A stretch of DNA of 64,000 nt from Gloeocapsa sp. UFS-A4-WI-NPMV-4B04 (GCA_019359535.1 JAHHHE010000003.1:3109-67108), one strand, 5' to 3'. Shown: positions 1 to 11,897, numbered from the stretch's first letter. Numbers and translations: made by a program. Notes: a model not told the origin generated them from the sequence alone.

Positions 1-675
1 ACTTCCTAAAATTCAGGTCAACGATTACTGAACCAAATTTATTTAGCTGCTAAAAATTAATCACTGGGTAGACAATCTTCAAAAGATGGTCTAAAGTGTT
101 AGATCGTGACCAAAAATTAGGATAACTTAGCTCAATTAATCGCTTTTACATCTTGTTTTAACTGGCGTGGCTAATAAATTTATGCCATACCGAAAGAGAG
201 TTGTATAGTAGTTTAAGAGTACTCCTAATCTTGCAAGCCCCAAAAAGAAAAACGTAGAACGTTTTGGTTAATAGCCAATGCTAAACATAATGTGTGAGGC
301 ACGTTCGGTCAAATTATCTGTAGAGATTCAGGTAATGGCTTGGATTGGGGTTGAAAGAGTCAGTGAAGCAGGAAGTATATTAACTCTCATGTGTTGGATA
401 CTGGGTAGAATGCTGCTTAAGTCCTAGTGAGAACGGGTATTGCCAGAGCGATCGCGCTTGGATGAAAATTATTGCTTCACAATAGAGGCGGGTTGAATAG
501 TAATTTTGCTTTGTAATAGCTCAATTGCCGTAAATTTGCCTCTATTACAACCTGACATTACTTTCTTGCAGAAGCGTTTTTCTGCCACAAAGGAAGTCAG
601 AGGTCACGCGGATTCAGCGAATGGTTGTAATCCGATTTCAATGTAACCCTTGAAAAAAAGGAGAAACCAGTTACT

Positions 676-1311
676 GTGTCTGTAGGTATCCTTGGCACCA
701 AATTGGGTATGACCCAAGTATTTGACGAAGCAGGAAGAGCAATTCCTGTCACTGTCGTTCAGGCAGGTCCATGCACCGTTACTCAAGTTAAGACAACACA
801 AACCGATGGCTACCAAGCTATCCAAGTTGGATTTAAAGAAGTAAAGCAAAAAGCCGTGACCAAGCCGGAGCTGGGTCACTTAGCCAAATCGTCTGCCCCA
901 CCGTTGCGTCATCTGCGTGAGTATCAATTAGATAACACGAGTGAATATAGTATAGGTCAGCAAATTAAGGCAGATATTTTTACTCCAGGACAGACTGTAG
1001 ATGTAGTTGGTACAAGTATCGGTCGTGGCTTCGCTGGCAACCAGAAGCGGAATAACTTTGGTCGGGGTCCGATGTCTCACGGTTCCAAAAACCACCGCGC
1101 GCCTGGTTCAATTGGTCCTGGGACAACTCCTGGTCGTGTTTATCCAGGTAAACGGATGGCAGGGCGCTTAGGTGGCAAGCGAATTACAATTCGTAAGTTG
1201 ACCGTAGTGCGGGTAGACCCAGAACGTAACTTGTTGCTAATTAAAGGAGCAGTTCCCGGAAAGCCAGGAGCCTTGCTAAGTATTGTGCCAACAAAGCGTG
1301 TAGGGAGATAA
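676..1311 (+). CDS. rplC: 50S ribosomal protein L3
   Basis: GTG start after an AAGGAG Shine-Dalgarno (SD) sequence. The translation ([13 protein letters not shown]...) is typical L3, and this is the first gene of the cluster. Confidence 0.97.
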   Translation: MSVGILGTKLGMTQVFDEAGRAIPVTVVQAGPCTVTQVKTTQTDGYQAIQVGFKEVKQKAVTKPELGHLAKSSAPPLRHLREYQLDNTSEYSIGQQIKADIFTPGQTVDVVGTSIGRGFAGNQKRNNFGRGPMSHGSKNHRAPGSIGPGTTPGRVYPGKRMAGRLGGKRITIRKLTVVRVDPERNLLLIKGAVPGKPGALLSIVPTKRVGR

Positions 1312-1319
1312 AAGCCAAC

Positions 1320-1955
1320 ATGGTTGAGTGTGTAGTACGAAACTGGCAAGGAGAAGAAGTCGGGCAAACAACGCTGGACTTAAAAGTTGCCAGTGAAAAA
1401 AGCGCGGCTCATATTGTGCATCGAGCATTAGTGCGACAACTGGCCAATGCCCGTCAGGGAAATGCCAGCACAAAAACGAGGGCAGAAGTTAGAGGTGGAG
1501 GTCGTAAACCTTGGCGGCAAAAAGGAACAGGTCGCGCGAGGGCGGGTTCAATTCGTTCACCTTTGTGGCGTGGCGGTGGTGTAATTTTTGGTCCGAAGCC
1601 GAGAGATTACGAAACCAAGATGAACCGCAAAGAGCGACGTTTAGCACTGCGAACAGTGCTGTTTAGTCGCAGCGAAGATTTGATTGTAGTAGAAGATTTT
1701 GCTTCTCAGTTAGAGCGACCTAAAACAAAAGAATTAATTGCAGCGATCGCCCGTTGGGGAGTAGAACCACGAGCAAAAGTTCTGTTGATATTGCCTGAGC
1801 AAGCAGAAACAATTTATCTGTCAGCTCGCAATGTTGCCAATCTCAAGCTGCTTCCAGCTAATCAGTTAAATATTTACGATTTGCTGAACGCTGACAAGAT
1901 TGTGACTACACCAGCAGCGCTGGATAAAATTCAGGAGGTCTACAAAAATGCCTAA
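1320..1955 (+). CDS. rplD: 50S ribosomal protein L4
   Basis: The translation contains the L4 signature [12 protein letters not shown], and the gene sits in the syntenic position after rplC. Confidence 0.97.
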   Translation: MVECVVRNWQGEEVGQTTLDLKVASEKSAAHIVHRALVRQLANARQGNASTKTRAEVRGGGRKPWRQKGTGRARAGSIRSPLWRGGGVIFGPKPRDYETKMNRKERRLALRTVLFSRSEDLIVVEDFASQLERPKTKELIAAIARWGVEPRAKVLLILPEQAETIYLSARNVANLKLLPANQLNIYDLLNADKIVTTPAALDKIQEVYKNA

Positions 1956-2262
1956 CTTTGACCCCCGCAAGCTTCCAGATTTGGTGCGTCGCCCGATTGT
2001 GACTGAAAAAGCTACTCTCCTGATGGAGCAGAATAAATACACTTTTGAAGTAACTCCCCAAGCGACTAAGCCAGAAATCAAAGCAGCAATTGAAGATTTG
2101 TTTCAGGTAAAAGTCGTGCAGGTGAATACCCAACACTTACCGCGTAAAAAGCGTCGCGTTGGTAAATTTATTGGGTTTAAACCCCACTATAAAAGAGCAA
2201 TCGTCACGTTGGCTCCTGGGGACGAAGACAAGATTAGACAGGTTCTATTCCCAGAAGTGTAG
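1948..2262 (+). CDS. rplW: 50S ribosomal protein L23
   Basis: L23-like translation ([10 protein letters not shown]...). It overlaps the rplD stop by 8 nt. Confidence 0.95.
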   Translation: MPNFDPRKLPDLVRRPIVTEKATLLMEQNKYTFEVTPQATKPEIKAAIEDLFQVKVVQVNTQHLPRKKRRVGKFIGFKPHYKRAIVTLAPGDEDKIRQVLFPEV

Positions 2263-2316
2263 GTAGGATGGGCGAGGCCCATCAGTTGTCCATACTCATT
2301 TTCAAAACTACTAATT

Positions 2317-3180
2317 ATGGGTACCCGTTCTTATCGACCATATACCCCCAGTACACGCCAAGTTACTGTTTCCGACTTCGCTGAAATTACCAAAGGCGAA
2401 CCAGAGCGATCTCTAACTTCATCAGTGCATCGCCCCAAAGGTCGGAACAATCGCGGTGTGATTACCAGTCGTCGTCGGGGTGGAGGCCACAAGCGTCTTT
2501 ACCGAGTAATTGACTTTAAGCGCGACAAGCACAATATCCCCGCCAAAGTAGCAGCGATCGAGTACGATCCCAACCGCAACGCTCGGATTGCCCTACTGTA
2601 TTACCAGGATGGCGAGAAAAGGTATATTCTCCATCCAAATGGATTACAAGTAGGGACAATGATTATCGCAGGTCCTGAGTCTCCCATCGAAGATGGTAAT
2701 GCTTTACCACTTGTGCGTATTCCCTTAGGAACTACAGTTCATAACGTAGAACTTACTCCAGGTAAAGGCGCTCAGATTGTCCGGGCTGCTGGTGCTGGCG
2801 CTCAGGTAGTGGCAAAAGAAGGCAACTACGTTACCCTCAAGCTGCCTTCAGGAGAAGTCCGGCTGGTGCGTCGTGATTGCTACGCCACCATTGGGCAAGT
2901 TGGCAACCTTGATGCGAGAAACTTGAGTGCAGGTAAAGCTGGTAGAAATCGCTGGAAAGGTCGCCGCCCGAAAGTTAGAGGTAGTGTGATGAACCCAGTT
3001 GATCACCCACATGGCGGTGGTGAAGGTAAAGCGCCAATTGGGAGAGCAGGCCCTGTAACACCTTGGGGTAAGCCCACTTTAGGTGCAAAGACACGAAAAC
3101 CGAAAAAACTAAGTAATGCCTTAATTGTGCGTCGTCGCCGTAAATCTTCTAAACGTGGCCGAGGCGGTCGTGAGTCTTAA
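2317..3180 (+). CDS. rplB: 50S ribosomal protein L2
   Basis: L2 motifs are present: [17 protein letters not shown]. Confidence 0.98.
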   Translation: MGTRSYRPYTPSTRQVTVSDFAEITKGEPERSLTSSVHRPKGRNNRGVITSRRRGGGHKRLYRVIDFKRDKHNIPAKVAAIEYDPNRNARIALLYYQDGEKRYILHPNGLQVGTMIIAGPESPIEDGNALPLVRIPLGTTVHNVELTPGKGAQIVRAAGAGAQVVAKEGNYVTLKLPSGEVRLVRRDCYATIGQVGNLDARNLSAGKAGRNRWKGRRPKVRGSVMNPVDHPHGGGEGKAPIGRAGPVTPWGKPTLGAKTRKPKKLSNALIVRRRRKSSKRGRGGRES

Positions 3181-3296
3181 ATGATTTTGAAAATGAGTAA
3201 TGATGAGGCAACTTTTCAATGATACTCAAAACTCTCATTTAAGACTTACACCAAGTTATTCAACACTTAGAAATTAGAACTCAAAAGTATTTAACT

Positions 3297-3575
3297 ATGG
3301 GTCGTTCTCTTAAAAAAGGTCCGTTCATTGCTGACAGTTTGCTCATAAAAATTGAGAAACTAAACGCCAGAGGCGAAAAGCAAGTCATTAAAACTTGGTC
3401 GCGAGCCTCAACAATTTTGCCGCTAATGGTTGGTCATACGATCGCTGTTCATAACGGTCGTCAGCACGTGCCAGTCTACCTTACCGAGCAGATGGTTGGA
3501 CACAAACTGGGTGAATTTGCCCCTACACGCACGTTTCGAGGTCACGCTAAAAGTGACAAAAAAGCAGGGAGATAA
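3297..3575 (+). CDS. rpsS: 30S ribosomal protein S19
   Basis: The translation reads [10 protein letters not shown]...[10 protein letters not shown]. Confidence 0.97.
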   Translation: MGRSLKKGPFIADSLLIKIEKLNARGEKQVIKTWSRASTILPLMVGHTIAVHNGRQHVPVYLTEQMVGHKLGEFAPTRTFRGHAKSDKKAGR

Positions 3576-3700
3576 AAGCAGACAGTGGGCGGTCAGAAGT
3601 TAGCCAAAGTTATTCTGAAGGGAGCTTAGATTACAAAGCTTACAAGGAAAACTGCGGCGATTGCTGATCCGCGACAAGCTGATAGCTAAAGGAGAAATTT

Positions 3701-4072
3701 ATGGCTACTGATACTGATACTGATACTACTGAAGTAAAGGCGATCGCGCGTTATATCCGAATGTCTCCTTTTAAGGTACGGCGTGTTTTGGATCAAATTC
3801 GTGGGCGATCGTACCGAGAAGCGCTAATTATTCTTGAGTTCATGCCCTATCGAGCTTGCGATCCAGTCCTCAAAGTGCTACGTTCTGCTGTTGCTAACGC
3901 CGAACATAACGCTGGACTAAATCCGGCTGATTTGAAAATTAGTCAAGCTTTTGCAGATCATGGGCCAGTGCTAAAGCGTTTCCAGCCGAGGGCGCAAGGG
4001 CGGGCATACCAAATTCGCAAGCCGACGTGCCACATTACAGTGGCTGTTTCTCCAGGCGCAACACAAAAATAG
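3701..4072 (+). CDS. rplV: 50S ribosomal protein L22
   Basis: L22-like translation in the syntenic position. The N-terminus is encoded by an (ACTGAT)x3 repeat. Confidence 0.95.
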   Translation: MATDTDTDTTEVKAIARYIRMSPFKVRRVLDQIRGRSYREALIILEFMPYRACDPVLKVLRSAVANAEHNAGLNPADLKISQAFADHGPVLKRFQPRAQGRAYQIRKPTCHITVAVSPGATQK

Positions 4073-4136
4073 TTAAGTAGCGGCGATCGCTTCATCACCG
4101 CCAGTATAATCAACTGCACTTTTCAAGGACGCATTT

Positions 4137-4886
4137 GTGGGACAAAAGATTAATCCAAACGGTTTTCGCCTGGGTATAACCCAAGAACACCAATCCCGCT
4201 GGTTTGCCTCTCCTGAGCGCTATCCAGAAACTCTCCAAGAAGATTACAAACTTCGTCAATATGTAGAACAAAAACTGGGTCGGCTAGCCTCTAATAATGC
4301 CGGAATTTCCGAAGTCAGGATTGATCGTAAAGCCGATCAGATTGAATTAGAGGTACGTACCGCTCGTCCGGGTGTTGTCGTGGGTCGCGGTGGTACAGGC
4401 ATCGAATCCTTGCGAACCGGACTTCAGGAAGTGCTAGGAGGCAATCGCCAAATTCGGATTAACGTTGTGGAAGTTGCCCAAGTTGATGCCGATGCTTACC
4501 TAATTGCTGAATACATTGCTCAACAGCTAGAGCGCCGCGTTTCATTCCGGCGAGTTGTGCGTCAAGCAATTCAACGCGCCCAGAAAGCAGGTGTCCAAGG
4601 CATCCGAATTCAAGTAAGTGGTCGGCTGAATGGAGCCGAGATTGCCCGTACAGAATGGACTAGAGAAGGAAGAGTACCTTTACATACCTTACGGGCTGAT
4701 ATTGATTACTCTTACACTACCGCTAAAACGGTATATGGCATTCTTGGTGTCAAGGTGTGGATTTTCAAGGGGGAAATTATACCTGGACAAGAACCACAGC
4801 AAGCCCCTGGAGCCGCTCAACCACGTCGCCGCCAACAGCAACAACGCCGAAAGCAGCAATTTGAAGATCGCTCAAATGAAGAATAA
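4137..4886 (+). CDS. rpsC: 30S ribosomal protein S3
   Basis: GTG start and [13 protein letters not shown]... translation, with a Q/R-rich C-terminal tail. Confidence 0.97.
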   Translation: MGQKINPNGFRLGITQEHQSRWFASPERYPETLQEDYKLRQYVEQKLGRLASNNAGISEVRIDRKADQIELEVRTARPGVVVGRGGTGIESLRTGLQEVLGGNRQIRINVVEVAQVDADAYLIAEYIAQQLERRVSFRRVVRQAIQRAQKAGVQGIRIQVSGRLNGAEIARTEWTREGRVPLHTLRADIDYSYTTAKTVYGILGVKVWIFKGEIIPGQEPQQAPGAAQPRRRQQQQRRKQQFEDRSNEE

Positions 4887-4889
4887 GTG

Positions 4890-4962
4890 GGTGTTAGGTG
4901 TTAGGTGCTAGGTGTTAGAGAGAATCCCTCTACCCAATACCCAATACTCAATACTCAATACC
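4890..4962. repeat. Tandem heptamer (STRR-like) repeats in the rpsC-rplP spacer
   Basis: GGTGTTA x4 (one copy is GGTGCTA) lies at 4890..4917. ACCCAAT/ACTCAAT x4 lies at 4932..4962. Confidence 0.75.
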
Positions 4963-4979
4963 TAAAACCCTATTAAGTT

Positions 4980-5402
4980 ATGCTAAGTCCCAGAAGAACT
5001 AAATTCCGCAAACAACAACGCGGACGGATGGCCGGTCTAGCTACCAGAGGTAACAACCTTAATTTTGGCGATTTTGGTCTCCAAGCTCAAGAACCATCTT
5101 GGATTACTTCGCGTCAAATAGAAGCCAGTCGTCGGGCAATGACTCGTTATATCCGTCGTGGTGGCAAAATATGGATTCGGATTTTCCCTGATAAACCCGT
5201 GACCATGCGTCCAGCTGAAACTCGGATGGGTTCCGGTAAAGGTTCGCCGGAATTTTGGGTAGCTGTAGTTAAACCAGGGCGGATTCTGTTTGAAATCGCT
5301 GGTGTTCCCGAAGCAACCGCAAGAGAAGCAATGCGTTTGGCTTCCCACAAGTTGCCAATTCAAACGAAGTTCATTATGCGCTCTGAAGAAGAGCAGGGGT
5401 AG
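4980..5402 (+). CDS. rplP: 50S ribosomal protein L16
   Basis: The translation reads [17 protein letters not shown]... Confidence 0.97.
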   Translation: MLSPRRTKFRKQQRGRMAGLATRGNNLNFGDFGLQAQEPSWITSRQIEASRRAMTRYIRRGGKIWIRIFPDKPVTMRPAETRMGSGKGSPEFWVAVVKPGRILFEIAGVPEATAREAMRLASHKLPIQTKFIMRSEEEQG

Positions 5403-5406
5403 ATTT

Positions 5407-5688
5407 ATGGCTCTGCCTAAAATTTCAGAAGCTAGAGATTTAAGCGATGCAGAATTGTCTGAGCAAATTCTTGCGATTAAAAAGCAACTATTTCAACTGC
5501 GGTTGCAACAAGCAACTCGGCAGTTAGACAAGCCGCATCAGTTTAAACACGCTAAACATCGACTCGCACAATTGCTAACCGTAGAATACGAGCGACAAGC
5601 AGTAGCGAATTCAGCCGCAGCGCCAGAGTCGGTTGCAGACGTGATTCCGGAAGGCTTGAGCGAACCGGAAACTCCCTTACAAGAATAG
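5407..5688 (+). CDS. rpmC: 50S ribosomal protein L29
   Basis: I take the internal ATG at 5407 (MALPKISEARDLSDAEL...) as the start. The 5290 start in the ORF track would overlap rplP in another frame. Confidence 0.9.
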   Translation: MALPKISEARDLSDAELSEQILAIKKQLFQLRLQQATRQLDKPHQFKHAKHRLAQLLTVEYERQAVANSAAAPESVADVIPEGLSEPETPLQE

Positions 5689-5695
5689 GTAGATT

Positions 5696-5947
5696 ATGGC
5701 AGTTAAAGAAAGAGTCGGCTTGGTAGTGAGCGACAAAATGGACAAAACGGTAGTGGTAGCCATCGAAAACCGCGCTCCTCATCCTAAATACGGAAAAATT
5801 GTAGTACGTACCCAGAGGTATAAAGCTCACGATGAGGAAAATAAGTGTCAAGTGGGCGATCGCGTCCGCATTCAAGAAACTAGACCACTTAGTCGCACCA
5901 AGCACTGGATTGTGGCAGACATACTTAGTAGTAATACTACTAGCTAG
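5696..5947 (+). CDS. rpsQ: 30S ribosomal protein S17
   Basis: S17-like translation ([18 protein letters not shown]). Confidence 0.95.
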   Translation: MAVKERVGLVVSDKMDKTVVVAIENRAPHPKYGKIVVRTQRYKAHDEENKCQVGDRVRIQETRPLSRTKHWIVADILSSNTTS

Positions 5948-5965
5948 ACAATAGGGAGACCAATT

Positions 5966-6334
5966 GTGATTCAAACTCAGTCTTACCTCAATGTCGCAGA
6001 TAATAGCGGCGCTCGAAAATTAATGTGTATCCGCGTTATGGGCGCAGGCAATCGGCGTTATGGCAATGTGGGCGATGTAATTATTGGCGTTGTCAAAGAT
6101 GCCATCCCCAACATGGCTGTAAAAAAATCTGATGTAGTACGGGCCGTTATTGTCCGCACTCGCAAAGGATTAAGTCGAGATAGCGGCATGAGTATTCGCT
6201 TTGATGACAACGCCGCTGTGATTATTAACGCAGACGGGAACCCACGAGGAACACGGGTTTTTGGACCAGTAGCACGGGAACTGCGCGACAAAAACTTTAC
6301 TAAAATTGTCTCTTTGGCCCCGGAGGTTCTCTAG
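5966..6334 (+). CDS. rplN: 50S ribosomal protein L14
   Basis: GTG start and [16 protein letters not shown] translation. Confidence 0.97.
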   Translation: MIQTQSYLNVADNSGARKLMCIRVMGAGNRRYGNVGDVIIGVVKDAIPNMAVKKSDVVRAVIVRTRKGLSRDSGMSIRFDDNAAVIINADGNPRGTRVFGPVARELRDKNFTKIVSLAPEVL

Positions 6335-6696
6335 TGGCAATTAAGCAGCGCAATAAAACAAATCAAGTTCAAAGATACAAGATGCACGTCAAAACCGGGG
6401 ACACTGTACAAGTGATCAGCGGCAAAGATAAAGGCAAAGTTGGCGAAATTGTGCGGACTTTCTCCAAAGTAAGTAAGGTTATTGTCAAAGGCGTAAACAT
6501 CAAAACTAAGCACGTCAAACCTCAACAAGAAGGGGAATCGGGGCGCGTTGTGACAATGGAATTCCCAATTCATAGTTCCAATGTTATGCACTATTCCAAT
6601 AAACAAAATGTTGCTAGTCGCATCTGCTACACCTTTGATGAACAAGGCCGCAAGCTACGCAAGCTGATAAAAACAGGTGAAGTCATTGACAAATAA
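6334..6696 (+). CDS. rplX: 50S ribosomal protein L24
   Basis: The GTG start overlaps the rplN stop by 1 nt. The translation has a KOW-type motif, [14 protein letters not shown]. Confidence 0.93.
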   Translation: MAIKQRNKTNQVQRYKMHVKTGDTVQVISGKDKGKVGEIVRTFSKVSKVIVKGVNIKTKHVKPQQEGESGRVVTMEFPIHSSNVMHYSNKQNVASRICYTFDEQGRKLRKLIKTGEVIDK

Positions 6697-6823
6697 CAGT
6701 CACAATTCAGCTTTATTGATCTTTCAAAATCTAGAAAACAAAAATTTCTGATTTTCGGGCAACAACTCAAAAAGCTGAAAGCTAAATGCCCTGACCAAGT
6801 CCAGGGAAGATAAGGAAAAAACT

Positions 6824-7369
6824 ATGGCAACACAACTCAAAACTTTATACCAAGAAACGATTGTCCCCCAGTTAATGGATCAATTTCAGTACGCCAATAT
6901 TCATCAGGTGCCTAAATTGATCAAAGTCACAGTTAACAGGGGTTTGGGGGAGGGAGCCCAAAACGCTAAATTGCTAGAAGGGTCTTTAAATGAAGTGGCT
7001 GTGATTACAGGTCAAAAACCTGTAGTGACACGCGCCAAAAAGGCGATCGCAGGCTTCAAAATTCGTCAAGGTATGCCTGTTGGTCTGATGGTTACCCTCA
7101 GAAGCGATCGGATGTACGCATTTGTTGATCGCTTGATCAACTTAGCTTTACCCCGAATTAGAGACTTTCGCGGTGTGAGTCCTAAAAGCTTTGACGGTCG
7201 CGGTAACTATACCCTCGGCGTTAGAGAGCAGTTGATTTTTCCAGAAGTCGAATACGACAGTATTGACCAAATTCGCGGCATGGATATTTCAATCATCACT
7301 ACGGCTAAAACCGACCAAGAGGGCCGCGCCTTACTTAAAGCAATGGGAATGCCCTTCCGGGATCAATAA
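6824..7369 (+). CDS. rplE: 50S ribosomal protein L5
   Basis: L5-like translation in the syntenic position. Confidence 0.97.
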   Translation: MATQLKTLYQETIVPQLMDQFQYANIHQVPKLIKVTVNRGLGEGAQNAKLLEGSLNEVAVITGQKPVVTRAKKAIAGFKIRQGMPVGLMVTLRSDRMYAFVDRLINLALPRIRDFRGVSPKSFDGRGNYTLGVREQLIFPEVEYDSIDQIRGMDISIITTAKTDQEGRALLKAMGMPFRDQ

Positions 7370-7386
7370 AATATTAAAGAGGAAAC

Positions 7387-7785
7387 ATGGCGGCTAACGA
7401 CACAATTGCAGATATGCTGACGCGCATCCGCAATGCCAACATGGCGCGGCATCAGACTACGCAAATTCCAGCAACTAAGATGACCCGCAGCATTGCAAAA
7501 GTTCTTCAAAATGAAGGCTTTATCGGTGAATTTCAAGAATCAGAAGAAGGAATAAAGCGAAACTTGGTGGTTTCCTTGAAATATAAGGGGAATCGCCAGC
7601 CGCTAATTACTGCTTTGAAGCGCATTAGTAAGCCCGGTTTGCGAGTTTACTCGAATCGCAAAGAATTGCCACGAGTGCTTGGTGGTATCGGCATTGCTAT
7701 TATTTCTACCTCAAGCGGGATCATGACCGACCGGGAAGCACGCCGTCAAGGTTTGGGTGGAGAAGTGCTTTGCTATATATGGTAG
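7387..7785 (+). CDS. rpsH: 30S ribosomal protein S8
   Basis: The translation reads [13 protein letters not shown]... Confidence 0.97.
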   Translation: MAANDTIADMLTRIRNANMARHQTTQIPATKMTRSIAKVLQNEGFIGEFQESEEGIKRNLVVSLKYKGNRQPLITALKRISKPGLRVYSNRKELPRVLGGIGIAIISTSSGIMTDREARRQGLGGEVLCYIW

Positions 7786-7881
7786 GACGGGAGAAACGCG
7801 GAGCTACAAAAGCATCGATTTTGTTGCCTCCTATCTCTGGTCTTTTGCATCTCGCCTCTAATCAAGGAGTAAATACAAGTT

Positions 7882-8421
7882 ATGTCTCGAATCGGTAAGC
7901 GCCCAATTACTATTCCCGCTAAAGTACAAGTGACAATTGATGGGTCACATATTGCTGTTAAAGGCCCCAAAGGCGAACTTTCGCGCTCACTACCAGCTGC
8001 CGTTAATGTGCAGCAGGAAGGAGAAACATTGTTGGTGAATAGGCAGGATGAATCCCGCACATCTCGCCAGCTACACGGTCTTTCTCGTACTTTGGTTGCC
8101 AACATGGTAGAGGGAGTCTCTCAGGGATTTCAGCGTCGCTTGGAAATTCAAGGAGTTGGCTATCGCGCCCAAGTTCAAGGTCGCAACTTGACTTTGAACG
8201 TAGGATATAGTCATCCGGTACAGATTGAGCCGCCTGAAGGAGTTGAGTTAGTAGTTGAAAATAATACTAACGTAATTGTCAGTGGCTTTAATAAAGAATT
8301 GGTAGGCAACACAGCCGCTAAAATTCGCTCTGTTCGTCCACCAGAACCCTACAAAGGCAAAGGTATTCGCTATGCCGGTGAAGTGGTCAGACGTAAAGCT
8401 GGTAAGGCAGGTAAGAAGTAA
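7882..8421 (+). CDS. rplF: 50S ribosomal protein L6
   Basis: The translation reads [12 protein letters not shown]... Confidence 0.97.
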   Translation: MSRIGKRPITIPAKVQVTIDGSHIAVKGPKGELSRSLPAAVNVQQEGETLLVNRQDESRTSRQLHGLSRTLVANMVEGVSQGFQRRLEIQGVGYRAQVQGRNLTLNVGYSHPVQIEPPEGVELVVENNTNVIVSGFNKELVGNTAAKIRSVRPPEPYKGKGIRYAGEVVRRKAGKAGKK

Positions 8422-8423
8422 AA

Positions 8424-8783
8424 ATGAAGCTTAGTCGTAGAGAATCAAAGATAAATAGACATCGTCGCATTCGCGGTAGAGTCAATGGGTCTTCAGAACG
8501 TCCCCGATTGGCGGTCTTTCGGTCACATCAGCATATTTACGCTCAGGTAATTGATGATACTAGCCATAGCACCCTAGTTGCAGCCTCAACTTTAGATCCA
8601 GATTTAAAATCGCTAGATTCAAAGAGTAACTGTGATGCTTCAGTTGAAGTTGGCAAGTTAATTGCACAGCGATCGCTCGAAAAAGGTATATCAAAGGTCG
8701 TCTTTGATCGTGGAGGCAACCTGTATCATGGTCGTGTAAAAGCACTAGCCGAAGCCGCCCGCGAAGCAGGATTAGATTTTTAA
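8424..8783 (+). CDS. rplR: 50S ribosomal protein L18
   Basis: L18-like translation ending in [15 protein letters not shown]. Confidence 0.95.
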   Translation: MKLSRRESKINRHRRIRGRVNGSSERPRLAVFRSHQHIYAQVIDDTSHSTLVAASTLDPDLKSLDSKSNCDASVEVGKLIAQRSLEKGISKVVFDRGGNLYHGRVKALAEAAREAGLDF

Positions 8784-8841
8784 TTGTTAGTTTTTAGATA
8801 TCTAGTAACAAACAATTAACAACCATTACTAAAACATTTCT

Positions 8842-9366
8842 ATGGCAACTAATCGTCGCAAAAGCAACCGCGCTAAAGAAAAAGAAACTACTTTTCAAGA
8901 GCGAGTCATTCAAATAAGACGGGTAAGCAAGGTCGTCAAAGGAGGTAAAAAGCTCAGTTTCCGTGCGATCGTTGCGATCGGTAACGAGCGTGGACAAGTT
9001 GGGATTGGAGTCGGTAAAGCTGGAGATGTTATCGGTGCTGTTAAAAAAGGCGTAGCCGACGGCAAAAAACATTTAATCGAAGTTCCACTTACCAAGGCAA
9101 ACTCGATTCCCCATCCAATTAATGGTGTCGGTGGCGGTGCAAAAGTAATGATGCGACCAGCAGCACCAGGAACTGGCGTTATTGCTGGTGGCGCTGTGCG
9201 AACTGTTTTAGAGTTAGCAGGCGTTCGGAATATTTTAGCCAAGCAGCTTGGTTCAAATAACCCGCTTAATAATGCTAGAGCCGCTGTTGATGCCTTATCT
9301 ACGCTACGCACGTTTGCCGAAGTCGCTGAAGAACGCGGCATTCCAATCGAGAATCTCTACGTATAG
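8842..9366 (+). CDS. rpsE: 30S ribosomal protein S5
   Basis: The translation contains the S5 motifs [17 protein letters not shown]. Confidence 0.97.
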   Translation: MATNRRKSNRAKEKETTFQERVIQIRRVSKVVKGGKKLSFRAIVAIGNERGQVGIGVGKAGDVIGAVKKGVADGKKHLIEVPLTKANSIPHPINGVGGGAKVMMRPAAPGTGVIAGGAVRTVLELAGVRNILAKQLGSNNPLNNARAAVDALSTLRTFAEVAEERGIPIENLYV

Positions 9367-9424
9367 TTTTAAAAACCTGGTATTTTTCTCAGACTTGTAC
9401 AAATTGTCACTCGGTCAAAAGTAA

Positions 9425-9895
9425 ATGAGACTAAATGATGCTCGGCCTCAAAAAGGCTCAAAAAAACGCCCCCGCCGTGTAGGACGAGGAATTGCTGCTG
9501 GTCAAGGTGCTAGTGCTGGTAGAGGTATGCGTGGACAAAATTCGCGCTCTGGTGGCGGCACAAGACCAGGTTTTGAAGGTGGTCAACAGCCGTTGTATCG
9601 CCGAGTGCCAAAGTTAAAAGGCTTTCCACTTATTAATCGAAAACAGTACACTACGATTAATGTTGAGAAGCTTGCTGCCCTGCCTGCAAATACAGAAGTT
9701 AATCTAGCTTCCTTAAAAGAAGCAGGCATTCTTACTGCTAGTCGAGGAGCGCTGAAAATTTTGGGCAATGGAGAATTAAATGTACCACTAAAGGTACAAG
9801 CAGCAGCTTTTACAGGAACGGCTCGTAGCAAGATTGAGGCAGCTGGCGGGAGTTGTGAAGTAACAACTGCAAAGGGAGCAGGAGCTAAAAATTAG
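9425..9895 (+). CDS. rplO: 50S ribosomal protein L15
   Basis: G/R-rich N-terminus typical of L15, in the syntenic position. Confidence 0.95.
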   Translation: MRLNDARPQKGSKKRPRRVGRGIAAGQGASAGRGMRGQNSRSGGGTRPGFEGGQQPLYRRVPKLKGFPLINRKQYTTINVEKLAALPANTEVNLASLKEAGILTASRGALKILGNGELNVPLKVQAAAFTGTARSKIEAAGGSCEVTTAKGAGAKN

Positions 9896-10035
9896 GGGTT
9901 AGGGTAAATGTATCACCCTAGTGAGCTATAGCTTCTTTTCAGATGGCACAAGTTGATCTGAATCCTTTATAAGTTGTTCATATTTTCTGCTCCCCTCTGC
10001 CCCCTGACCCCTTTTTATTAAAAAGGTACTCTTTT

Positions 10036-11346
10036 ATGATTAGTCGAGACAAAGCCCCAACGGCTCAAGAAACATTTATGCAGATGGCACAAGCAGCTGG
10101 ACTAAGAAGTCGGTTGTTTGTGACTATTGGTATTTTGATTTTGGCTCGCGTTGGCGTATTTTTGCCTGTACCAGGAATTAATCGAGAGCAGTTTGCCCAA
10201 TCGATCCAAGGTAACAATCCTTTATTCGGTTTGTTAAACATTTTTTCTGGAGGCGGACTTTCTACTTTAGGAATTTTTGCCCTCGGAATCTTGCCATACA
10301 TTAATGCTTCAATCATTATTCAACTGTTAACAGCTGCAATTCCTGCTTTAGAAAATTTACAGAAAAATGAAGGAGAAGCAGGACGCAGAAAAATTTCACA
10401 ATTAACACGCTATGTATCTTTAGGATGGGCAATCATCCAAAGTGTGTTTATTGCCGCAGTCTGGCTAAAACCGTATGCGCTTAACCCAGGTCCTATATTT
10501 GTCGCTGAAACTGCGATCGCTCTTGTAGCTGGCTCTATGTTTGTCATGTGGGCATCAGAGTTAATTACAGAGCGCGGCGTTGGTAATGGAGCATCACTGT
10601 TGATTTTTGTCAATATTGTAGCTTCACTTCCCAAAGCTTTGGAAGATACAATTTCTTTGGCTCAAACTGGCGGTAGAGAGGCTGTGGGGCGTGTAGTTAT
10701 TCTGTTGCTAGTTTTTCTGGTGATGATTGTCGGGATCGTGTTTGTCCAAGAAGGCAGTCGCAGAATTCCAATTATCTCTGCAAAACGCCAAGTAGGACGA
10801 AAGCTTTATCAGGAGCAACGCAGCTATCTACCACTGCGCCTAAATCAAGGAGGCGTAATGCCAATCATTTTTGCGTCTTCTGTCTTAATTTTGCCAGCTT
10901 CTCTAGCTAATTTTACTCGCAATGAGTCTTTGATTAAGATCGCTAGTTATATTAGCCCAAACGGTTCTGCACCTTGGGCTTACGCACTTACTTACCTCGT
11001 CTTAATTGTTTTCTTCAGCTACTTTTATGCAACGCTGATTGTTAACCCAGTCGATTTGTCACAAAACCTGAAAAAGATGGGTTCTAGTATTCCTGGTATT
11101 CGCCCTGGTCGGGCAACAAGTGATTATGTAGAGCGAGTTTTAAATAGATTGACTTTTTTGGGTGCAATCTTTTTAGGTTTAGTTGCTATTGTGCCAACAG
11201 CAGTTGAAAGCGCTACGCGAGTGCGAACTTTTCAAGGCTTGGGAGCAACTTCTTTGCTGATTTTAGTTGGGGTAGCGATAGACACGGCAAAACAAATCCA
11301 AACATACGTTATTTCCCAACGTTATGAAGGAATGGTGAAACAATAG
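10036..11346 (+). CDS. secY: Preprotein translocase subunit SecY
   Basis: A 436-aa multi-pass membrane protein in the conserved position after rplO. Confidence 0.97.
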   Translation: MISRDKAPTAQETFMQMAQAAGLRSRLFVTIGILILARVGVFLPVPGINREQFAQSIQGNNPLFGLLNIFSGGGLSTLGIFALGILPYINASIIIQLLTAAIPALENLQKNEGEAGRRKISQLTRYVSLGWAIIQSVFIAAVWLKPYALNPGPIFVAETAIALVAGSMFVMWASELITERGVGNGASLLIFVNIVASLPKALEDTISLAQTGGREAVGRVVILLLVFLVMIVGIVFVQEGSRRIPIISAKRQVGRKLYQEQRSYLPLRLNQGGVMPIIFASSVLILPASLANFTRNESLIKIASYISPNGSAPWAYALTYLVLIVFFSYFYATLIVNPVDLSQNLKKMGSSIPGIRPGRATSDYVERVLNRLTFLGAIFLGLVAIVPTAVESATRVRTFQGLGATSLLILVGVAIDTAKQIQTYVISQRYEGMVKQ

Positions 11347-11897
11347 TGACGCGATTGATCTTCTTGGGGCCGCCGGGAGCTGGTAAAGGAACTCAAGCTC
11401 AAACATTAGCTCATCACAAAAATATTCCCCATATTTCAACTGGTGATATGTTACGTGGGGCAATGCGAGAGCGATCGCCTTTGGGCATCAAAGCTCAAAG
11501 TTATGTAGATAAAGGTGAATTAGTTCCTGATCAACTTATTCAAGACATGGCCGAGGAACGGCTAAGTCAATCAGATACTAGCTCAGGTTGGATTTTAGAT
11601 GGCTTTCCTCGTACCGTCAGCCAAGCTCAATTTCTGGATGAATTACTCCAAAAACTAGGGCAAAAGACCGTTCAAGTTATCAATCTAGAAGTACCTGACG
11701 AAGTTTTGATTGAGCGTCTTTCAGGACGTGGTCGTCCAGATGATACCCAAGAAGTCATTTGCCGTCGCTTAGAAGTCTATCGCCTGCAAACAGCACCCTT
11801 GATTAACTTTTACCGCGATCGCCAGCAGCTTTTATCAGTTAATGGTAATCAAGCCTTGGCAGAAGTTACTAATGATTTGGAGAAAATGATTACATAA
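11346..11897 (+). CDS. adk: Adenylate kinase
   Basis: The GTG start overlaps the secY stop. P-loop GPPGAGKGTQ is present. Confidence 0.95.
   Translation: MTRLIFLGPPGAGKGTQAQTLAHHKNIPHISTGDMLRGAMRERSPLGIKAQSYVDKGELVPDQLIQDMAEERLSQSDTSSGWILDGFPRTVSQAQFLDELLQKLGQKTVQVINLEVPDEVLIERLSGRGRPDDTQEVICRRLEVYRLQTAPLINFYRDRQQLLSVNGNQALAEVTNDLEKMIT

Noticed and set aside
4890-4962. Possibility that the two heptamer blocks form a terminator hairpin between rpsC and rplP
   Set aside because: Base-by-base pairing of the arms fails after 5 bp, even when G-U pairs are allowed. They are two independent tandem repeats.
6697-9424. Absence of rpsN (S14) between rplE and rpsH, and of rpmD (L30) between rpsE and rplO
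   Set aside because: As far as I recall this is the normal cyanobacterial arrangement, with rpsN elsewhere and no L30. It is not a deletion.
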